A stretch of 63,195 nucleotides of DNA, counting the filler, from Rozella allomycis CSF55 (lineage: Eukaryota), in assembly GCA_000442015.1 (NCBI GenBank). It is 11 parts of 11 records of this genome, joined end to end, with 100 filler letters (N's around TTAATTAATTAA, not from the genome) between each part and the next. Parts side by side here need not be neighbours in the genome. Positions count along the whole stretch, not along the records: positions 45,617 to 55,763 come from KE560773.1; positions 55,864 to 56,911 come from KE560776.1; positions 57,012 to 63,195 come from KE560780.1; 8 more parts are not named here. One strand, written 5' to 3'. A model generated the notes under the pieces. That model had not been told where the DNA came from. It saw only the letters and a program-made list of their open reading frames with translations, and ran no database searches. Numbering within the stretch: position 1 is the stretch's first letter; every line of letters begins with the position of its first letter. Below, piece by piece: positions 54,104-63,195 of this stretch. A program made the translations under genes and the position numbers.

Positions 54104-55763
54104 GCTAAAAATAGTTTCTCACTCGATGGCTGAGGGCCCGTCAGAGTCACTAGACAGGGACATCAACGCCCTTCAAGAGGCGATTTTTCAAAGTACGAGA
54201 AGTCTTGAGTTATTGGATGATGTTCAGGCATCAAGAAATAATGAAGGTCCCGTACCTACCCCTACTGTGATTGCTCAGGTTCCGACCTCCGAGCATAAAG
54301 CAAGTTGTATCCTAATATGGATTTAAAGGCTTCCGATTTCAATAACATAGAGGAGTATCTACAGAGGTTTTTTGAAAGAATCTTCAAGGATAATAACTTA
54401 ACTACGGAACAAACCAAGCAACTTCTCCGATTATGTTCTCACAATAACGAATCAGTTGCACAATGGCTAACACGGCACAATGAATTGAACCCTCTCTGCA
54501 CATGGGACATCTTGACGAACGATTTACTGAAAGAATTCCTCTCTCCGTATTGGAGATCAGAAAAATACTCCAAGATATTCAAGATACAGTACTACCATGG
54601 AGAAACAGTTCCGCAATCATCGGAGGATTTCAAGACCTCTTGGCAGAGAACAACACTACCATCCCTGATCAGCAACACAGTCTTATCAAAGAACTACTCT
54701 TCTCTAAGCTTCCTGATTCGGTGAACGAATGCTTAATAACAAACCGGTGAGAGAATGTCCCACCATCGTGAGTCTCAGGCAGGCAGTGAAGGAATTCCCT
54801 GGAGTTCCTTACGATATATCGGTTGCCTATGCTAGCGGATCTCCTACAAAGAGAAGAGTTGAGACCTAAAAGGAAGCTCCCGGTAATCCAGCCAAGACGA
54901 AAGTCACCACTACTGATTCTTGTGAATTTCATAAGAACAATCCTAGAATTAGACACAATACCGATGACTGTAGAGCTCGCCAGAGCAGAGCAGGAAACAA
55001 CTCGGGACAATCGGAGGAAAAGAAAGAGGCCAGAAAGGTTTTCATCAAGAAACTCTGTGATAAGTGTACACAACCTTACGAGAAGGGCCAAAATGAAGTA
55101 TGCGAGAAACGAAAGAAGAATAAAGAATCATCATCTAATGTTCATAACAGGAGAATAGATCTCCGTGAGGAATTCCCTGAAGAACTCCTGGAAGAAGACG
55201 AGATCATCGTACCAGGAACAATCCAATTCAACATGGTTAAGAACTTGAATCCTGTCAAGTTTCTGTACACCGCCCTATCAGTAAATGGGGTTAATGCTCG
55301 TGCGGGGATAGACTCCATAAGTACCCACTCGTTCATCTCTCCGTCCATGGTTCAAGAACTTTTGATTAGGGTGAATCCAGTGAACGGGGTATTACACTTG
55401 GTTGAAGGATCATCGACTACGCCGAGGAAGGGAATCACGGAAGACGTTGATGTGTGCCACGGAGAAAAAAAGATCAAACATCGCTTTGAGGTCCTTGACA
55501 TGGGAGACGATAAGGGCATTCCCATTAAATCGTCTTAGGACTGGATACAATGTCTAAGCTTGGAATTGTTATTGAAGGACTGCGAGTCTATTTCCCAAAT
55601 AAAAAACAGCAGCTTGAAGTAGCTAAGGACGAGATTAAAGAGAAGGGATATACTGGTCCTAAACCAAACCTTCAACAAACNTAACAACTTGCACCCTGTC
55701 AAGTTTTTGTACACAGCCATAAGGGGGTTAATGCCCGAGCGGGAATAGATTCTATGAGTACTT
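54104..55763 (+). mobile_element. Ty3/gypsy-like gag and aspartic protease, degenerate
   Basis: Retrotransposon-gag-like TWDILTNDLLKEFL..IFKIQYYHGETV; C-x2-H..H-x4-C knuckle (CEFH..HNTDDC); protease-like ARAGIDSISTHSFIS..FEVLD; frameshifts; second copy after N55681. Confidence 0.7.
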
Positions 55764-55863
55764 NNNNNNNNNNNNNNNNNNNNNNNNNNNNNNNNNNNNN
55801 NNNNNNNTTAATTAATTAANNNNNNNNNNNNNNNNNNNNNNNNNNNNNNNNNNNNNNNNNNNN

Positions 55864-56400
55864 TCGCTCGTTTTAACCCATTCATTCTCAGTTGAAGGTA
55901 AACTTTCCATTGTAGATAGTATTCATCGTTCTTGGTTTCCTTGTTTTGTCTATGATTGAGAATGCGCTCTATACATGAATTCGCTTTGCATGATTTTTGG
56001 AAAACCTAAGTCACCAAAGAGCATAAACAATTCTTATGTCACCGATTGAAAGCCTGTAATCGAGTCTCTGTATCAACTCTTTATCAGGTATTTCTTGAAG
56101 ACGTGTATAATTAATGAATTTGTTTATATGATTTGGCTGTCTAGCAAACATCAAGGAAAATGGAGTGGAATTGGTGGTTTCGGACACTCTCAAGTTCAAA
56201 ATGTATTGAGTCTGATCAATAATGTTATCCCACTTTGTATCGTTTTCTCTTACATTCTTGTAGATTGTATTCGCCACTGTCCCAATAAACCTTTCCGCTA
56301 TTCCCTCTAGGGTTGTATGGTGGTTTGAACCTCCGGATAATTTCATCATTTCGGAATTGAATCTATTCAGAAATTCTCCACCGTTTTGATTTTATTAATA
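55864..56400 (-). mobile_element. Ty3/gypsy integrase C-terminus + chromodomain remnant (chromovirus-like)
   Basis: EGIAERFIGT, W...I...Q...N.RVSETTNSTPFSLMFARQPN; downstream IERILNHRQ....EYYLQWK and frameshifted PSTENEWV. Confidence 0.7.
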
Positions 56401-57176
56401 TCTTTAACAACATTTATAGTTTTTTTAAAAATGCAGTTCAAAAATTAATGTCTCAATAAATTTCTCCAGTGTAAAATTTTTTATATCTACGAATGATGGA
56501 ATGTCTACACACAGCCACCACAGATGATAGTCTATATTCGAAACAGTTGATTCAACGGTATATTAGTTTTCTTACTTCAATCTATTTGCTTACATCATTG
56601 TTTGTGCAAAATCTTCTTTAAACCACATCTCGATGTGCTTGATCTTAAGAGCGCTTTGTGTCAGCTTTCCTGTGAAGGTTTGTGACACAGTTTACCAGCA
56701 GTTAAAGGATATACTGGAGTTTTCCAGCAGAACGTTTCATTCAATTCTTGCCAAATATCTTCACAATCTTATTGATGGGGGAGAAGTAATCTCTTATTGT
56801 ATTTTGCAGAGTTTGAACGACTCTNATTGTATTTTGCAGAGTTTGAACGACTCTATCTTTGTAGCTGGACTAGAAAGAAAAATCAAGGTCATCTATTTTA
56901 ATGTGCACGCTNNNNNNNNNNNNNNNNNNNNNNNNNNNNNNNNNNNNNNNNNNNNTTAATTAATTAANNNNNNNNNNNNNNNNNNNNNNNNNNNNNNNNN
57001 NNNNNNNNNNNAACTTATTAATTGTTAATAATGCAATGAAATATAACGTCTTTATGTGAGATTAAATTTAGTAACATACTAACTCGAGAAAAGTATTTTT
57101 AGAAATCTATTTTTATCTTGGCAGATGATTGGTGCAATCCTAAAATATATAAATCACTCTGTAACAAATAGTTCAC

Positions 57177-58253
57177 ATGATATTTCAAATATTTATTTTA
57201 CTTATCTCGATATTTCTCGATCCCATCAAATCTGAAAACGATTTCACAGGAAATCTTTCGTCTAATCCCTCGGGATATGAAGTGAGATATGCAGAACGAC
57301 TCAGTAAGAGATATAATGTCCAAAGTGCATTAAAATTTTTCAAGTTTAATAATGAAAATCTTCCAACTAAACAGCAATTATCATTGATAAAGAGGAAATT
57401 GGCTATGAAGTTTCACCCCGATGTGCTTTCCCAAAACAGACAGTTGACAAATGAACAAGTTCAAGTTCGTACAGAATATTTCAAATTGTTGAATGAAGCA
57501 CTATCAAACATTGAATCGTTTATTGAAGAAAAAGAAAAAGAGCGTTTGATAGCACAGGAAAAGAATAGACGTGACACTCGACCACCCAATTTTCATGATC
57601 CGTGGAAGTCTGATGAAAAACCTCAAAGGCGACCTAGCGCCCATTTTGATGATTTAAATATGGAAGATCCCTGGAAAGAAGCAAGAAACCCTGGACGAAG
57701 TGGCCCAAATTACCCTTCTCAAGAAGAATTTGATATGGCAAGTCGAATTAGCAAAATGGAAAACGTTAAAGAGGCATATGAATATTTAAAGCCCATGCTT
57801 GAATCAAGTAATGGGGTTGAAGGGTTAAAAAGAATACTTCATCATAATATGATGCTAAGATCACAGGGACTGAAGACAGTAGAAAAGCTAAATGTGAATG
57901 TGCTATTTATGCAAATGGAAAAGGCCGTCGATAATGTGAATCATTATCTCAAAGAACAGAATCGAAAGAAAATGGAATCTTTGAAAAAGATACCAGTTAG
58001 TNAGTTAAAAAGAAGACTTTATCGTAGTATGATGCTAAGATCACAGGGACTGGATTCAGTAGAAGCGCTAAAAGTGAATGTGCTATTTATGCATATGGAA
58101 AAGGCCGTCGATAATGTGAACCATTATCTCGAAGAACAGAATCGAAAGAAAATGGAATCTTTGAAAAAGATACCAGTTAGTCAATATTACCGATACGGGG
58201 GATTAGGACTGAGAAAACCTTTACCTATGCGCTACAGCGCTTTTCATAGATAA
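57177..58253 (+). CDS. Putative secreted J-domain-like protein
   Basis: Hydrophobic N-terminus MIFQIFILLISIFL; IKRKLAMKFHPD...FKLLNEA (J-domain helix II-HPD-helix III); the 3' repeat after N58002 is an assembly duplicate. Confidence 0.7.
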   Translation: MIFQIFILLISIFLDPIKSENDFTGNLSSNPSGYEVRYAERLSKRYNVQSALKFFKFNNENLPTKQQLSLIKRKLAMKFHPDVLSQNRQLTNEQVQVRTEYFKLLNEALSNIESFIEEKEKERLIAQEKNRRDTRPPNFHDPWKSDEKPQRRPSAHFDDLNMEDPWKEARNPGRSGPNYPSQEEFDMASRISKMENVKEAYEYLKPMLESSNGVEGLKRILHHNMMLRSQGLKTVEKLNVNVLFMQMEKAVDNVNHYLKEQNRKKMESLKKIPVSXLKRRLYRSMMLRSQGLDSVEALKVNVLFMHMEKAVDNVNHYLEEQNRKKMESLKKIPVSQYYRYGGLGLRKPLPMRYSAFHR

Positions 58254-58354
58254 ATAAACATTGGATGATTTATTTTGTCTTTGTGTCATTTTTATGCTTT
58301 TCTATTTTTTGCGGTAGCTATGGTTATTTTACTTTGAAAATTTACGAATTGCAA

Positions 58355-59979
58355 ATGAATCCGGGAACTTCAAAATCTACGGTAAAATCAAAGTAATACT
58401 AATATATAGACCAATATTAACGAATCTTATGAACTTATCGAACGGATAGGCAAAGGATCATTTGGCGAAGTTTTCAAAGGGTAAGTCAATTTGTGTCAGC
58501 GGAGAAAGAAAAGAAAAAAACACAGGAGAAATAGTGGCCATAAAAATTATAGATCTGGAGCATTCAGAAGATGAAATCGATGACATCCAGAAAGAGATTT
58601 TGTTGCTGCAACAATGTGAATCACCCTATGTGATAAAATATATCGGCTCTTTGATTGATCAAACAGATTTATGGATTATAATGGAGTATTTGGCAGTTGG
58701 ATCTGCGATGGATCTGGTAGGAATGGTAAATTTTGATCATTAGATTAAACCTGGACCGATGGACGAGCAGTTTGCAGCAGTCATTCTCAGGGAGGTTTTA
58801 AACGGATTACTTTATTTGCATTCGGAAGGTAAAATACATCGAGATGTTAAAGGTAAAAATAAATTATTATCATCGAAATAGCGGCAAATATATTGATAGG
58901 ATCACAATTTCAAGTGAAGCTAGCAGATTTTGGTGTAGCTGGGCAAATCTGTGAAAGACAACAAAAAAGACAAACATTTGTCGGAACTCCGTAATAATTT
59001 ATTTCTTCCTTTGAATTAAGATTCTGGATGAGTCCTGAAGTGATAACCGCTCAAAATACCGACGGATACGACGAAAAGGCAGATATTTGGTCTTTAGGAA
59101 TAACAGCTATAGAGTTGGTTAAAGGCGAACCACCTCACGCCAACAAACATGCCATGCGAGTCTTACAAATGATTCCTCAGATGGAGGCGCCAATTTTACA
59201 AGATGAAAATGGAATCACTTTTTCAAAATCAATTAAAGAATTTGTGTCTCTCTGTCTAAATAAAAATCCTGTTTCTGTAAATCTCATTGGATAATAGAAA
59301 TTAGAGACATTCCGCCAAGGACTTGTTAAAACATAAGTTTATTAAAGGAGCAAAGAAGAATAGCATTTTAGAAGATTTAATTGAAAGGTATAAAGAATGG
59401 AAGACACAAGCTGGTGACTTATCTAGTGATGATGATGGATGCGTCGAAACGTGTAATCGAATTGATCAATCTATTCATTGGGACTTTGAAACAGTTAAAC
59501 GAAAAACAAACAAAATCACCTTTAATAAAGATTTCAAAGAAAAAATTAACCTGGAAAAGCTAACAATAAAAGAAACTGATAGTGGTTTACCAAGCCATCC
59601 ATCAGATAAAAATTGTACTGTAAATACATTGCCTTGTATTCCTTCTAAAAAAGGCGTTGAAGATCCTTTTTCAACAATCAAAATGGCTCCAAAAGTAAAT
59701 ATCAAATCGCGCGATCGGCCATTTCAGAAACTATTCCAAAAAGTTGCCAGCAATTACGACGACAGCTCAGAACCTTTTAGGAACGAATTGCTTCGACTAG
59801 AAAATACCTTTGATGAATTAGAATCTAGGCATCCAGGGTTTTTTAAACACTTCATAAAGGCAGGAAACCAATTCAAGTAACCTTAATATATTACTTCTTA
59901 TAGCTCATTGGATTCGCCTCGAAAAGAGTCCAAGATCGGCGGGATTTTACTTAATAGATGGTTAGAAAAGCATTCTTAA
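58355..59979 (+). CDS. STE20/GCK-family Ser/Thr kinase (Sid1/STK24-25-like, multi-exon)
   Basis: [72 protein letters not shown]-terminal LLNRW. Confidence 0.92.
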
Positions 59980-60063
59980 TATATAATTTGAAGATTAATA
60001 AAGTAGATTACATCTAAAATTTCCATCGATTTTTGTAGATTTGCCTAGCCACTTTACCCCTGC

Positions 60064-61487
60064 ATGGTAAAAATTCGCACCTTTGTGTTACTTTTTCTAT
60101 TTTGTTCTGTTTTAAATGCTTCGTTGTTTGGAAAATTGAAAGCCAAATGTAAAGACAAAGTAAAAGATGTCGCAGATAAATTTCTTGTCCAGTTTAATCA
60201 ATTGTGTAAATATTTAATCGGGTATTGAAAATAGTGGATACAACTCTTGACGAAGTATTCGATAATATGGAAACAAATGTTGACGTTACGCAATCTGCGC
60301 CATTCGTACATTCTGCTGAGGAAGTGAAAGGTGATAAAAATGTTTATACAGATCCAATGGAAGATGTTGTTGCGCCATTTGCGGAACCAGGAGCTCAAGC
60401 TAATTTTTCAACACAAGTTGAAGACGCCATTATATTTGCAGAGTCAAATGATGAAACTGATTTTTCATTTGCTCCAACAGAGCGTGTCAAAGTAGTTGAC
60501 GAATATGATGAGGAAGTCGTGTGTTCTGAAGATCCCCGGGATAGTAAAAACTCTATTTCTGCTCGCGAAATTCATTTGGATGAAAACGGAAATCAAAATG
60601 AATGCCTAGTGAATGAAGGGTGTCAAACCGATCTTTCTTTACCTCCTAATAAGCGTTTGAGAATGAAAAAATTTGAAAAGGTTGATTACGTTCTTGAGGA
60701 TTGTAAAAGTAAATTGGATTTATTATGTGAGAATCCGTTCAATTTAAAACTGGATAATGAGAACGAAAAAGATAGTGAGATAATTGGCCAAAGCAACAAT
60801 GATTCAGCAGAACCTGGAACTGAAACTGAAACAACTGATGTGACAAAAATTACCCCATCAAGACATATTCTTGATAAAGTTGAACTTTTGTATCAGACTT
60901 CAAAACATGTAGCAATTTGTGTACATCACATCCAAAAATATGTCCATATTGACGAAAAGCTACTCAATATCGAGAATTTTATCCATGATCAACTTTCCAA
61001 ATTGAGTGCTATTGGCAGCGAAGAATTTCAATTGTTTCTTGCTACTTATTACTACAATGAAATCGATTATAAATTGGATTTCGGTCAATTAAAGTTGTTA
61101 TCCAAGAGCGAATTTAATGAAAATTTGAAACTTGCTGTATCCGAAAAGAAGGATTCTTTTATTAAGAAAATGAAACCCTCTCATCAACAAATTGTGCTTT
61201 CCAAATTCCAAGAAATTTATACTGAAGTTTCCACTGCCGTGAATGACTTTGAGTTTTTAAATAATTTCATTGAATTGTATAACAACGTAACAAAGGAATT
61301 CACACAAAGTTATTATGCTATGAGAAAACTATTGGATGATGTGTTCAAGGGCGATGATTCTAGTGTTGTATTGAGAAAGTTGAAAAATGCGCAAAGATTG
61401 GATGAAACAACTTTGGAAATCTTGCAAGAAAAGTTCTCAGACTTTGATTATCTTCGAAAGAGAATTTTCAAAATTGCGCACACATAA
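60064..61487 (+). CDS. Putative secreted hypothetical protein
   Basis: Signal-peptide-like MVKIRTFVLLFLFCSVLNA; an intron at about 60206-60234 joins it to the 420-aa ORF; acidic N-half, helical C-half, NLS-like PPNKRLR. Confidence 0.6.
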
Positions 61488-61637
61488 AATCATTATTCAT
61501 TTCTTTTTAAGTAAAAAATATTCATTCATTTATTTCTATTTCATTTATTTATTCGTGGCTATAAATTCTCGTAAAGTATATAAGCTCATTTTGTCACTAA
61601 CCGCGTGCTTGGCAACATTGTTTAGTCGAATTTTTAG

Positions 61638-62263
61638 ATGCATCTTGGGTTTGAAATCGCTTTCCTTGCCACGTCATTTTTTGGATCATGTCTTTCAAGA
61701 TCCACTGGCTCCCCTTTATGCAACATTACATTGACTCAGATGACTACATTTATGACAGGATCTAATAGATCCCTAAATTTTGGGTAAGATCTCATGCAAT
61801 ATTTTCCAGGCTTGCAAAACAAGAAATCTCAAATGGAATACAGGTCACTGTTGGAAATCCTAATCCAGCTACCTACAAAGGGCTGCTGCTGTGGACAAAC
61901 ATTGGATCTTTTGCTGCTCCTCCAACCGATTCTGGATTTCGATACGTCAATTTTACCAAATGCCCAGCGTCCGTTACACATGCCAATGCAGTCCTAAAGA
62001 CAAATCCCGCAAATTTTGTTTGGATTCCCCCACCAACGACCAGCAACTATACAGTAGAGTTTAGAGCAGTTGTTGTGTACAATAGAACTAATTGGCAGTT
62101 TTTGGACCCGCTTGTCACGAATTTTACGATACCAACAGTAGTCAACCAGCCGCAACCACAACCAACGCCAACTCCGTCTCCATCAGCTGGAATTTCAATC
62201 AGTCCGTCATATGCGAAGATGTTAATGTGCATTTTATTTGTCGTGGCCATTAATGGTATATAA
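61638..62263 (+). CDS. Reeler-domain protein, probably GPI-anchored or TM
   Basis: Manual spliced translation: signal peptide, STGSPLC, YKGLLLW..GSF, C..SVTHANAVLK, FVWIPP, VEFRAVVV, Pro/Thr linker and hydrophobic tail. Confidence 0.75.
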
Positions 62264-62355
62264 ATAAAGCGCAAGTTTCATTGTTGTAAATGCTCATACT
62301 ATGTAAAACTGAAAAATAAGTGAATGTGTGAATATTTATTAAACTCTTTCATTAT

Positions 62356-63195
<840 letters not shown>

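Noticed and set aside
56400-56911. Possible coding fragment before the linker
   Set aside because: Short, N-interrupted, with no recognisable motif.
57820-58180. Internal protein repeat in the J-domain protein
   Set aside because: The second copy begins at a single-N joint like the other haplotype duplicates.

Overview
Eukaryotic, AT-rich, gene-dense DNA with very short GT-AG introns (about 25-35 nt). Gene content includes flagellar/transition-zone genes (ZMYND12, TMEM231, an EF-hand/WD40 protein), genes generally lost in Dikarya (gamma-SNAP, PCCB, ALADIN, FRMD8-like), fungal-type NHA1/TPS2 and an ITS1F-matching 18S. Together these suggest a zoosporic early-diverging fungus or holomycote, Rozella/Cryptomycota-like (inference). 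The window is not contiguous. Ten artificial 100-nt linkers (N44-TTAATTAATTAA-N44) join contigs, there is one long N gap, and many single-N joints are followed by re-assembled, slightly divergent copies of the preceding sequence (probably two haplotypes). Contents: about 35 host genes, tRNA-Ser(GCU), a partial rDNA unit, an internally deleted hAT transposon, a mosaic Ty1/copia element and Ty3/gypsy (chromovirus-like) fragments. The most striking unexplained signals are (1) a covarying structured RNA module with palindromic CGAUC loops, repeated in the putative 5' ETS and in ITS1 on both sides of 18S, and (2) a strong saw-tooth G/C strand skew that does not follow gene orientation. All calls come from reading the sequence; no searches were run.
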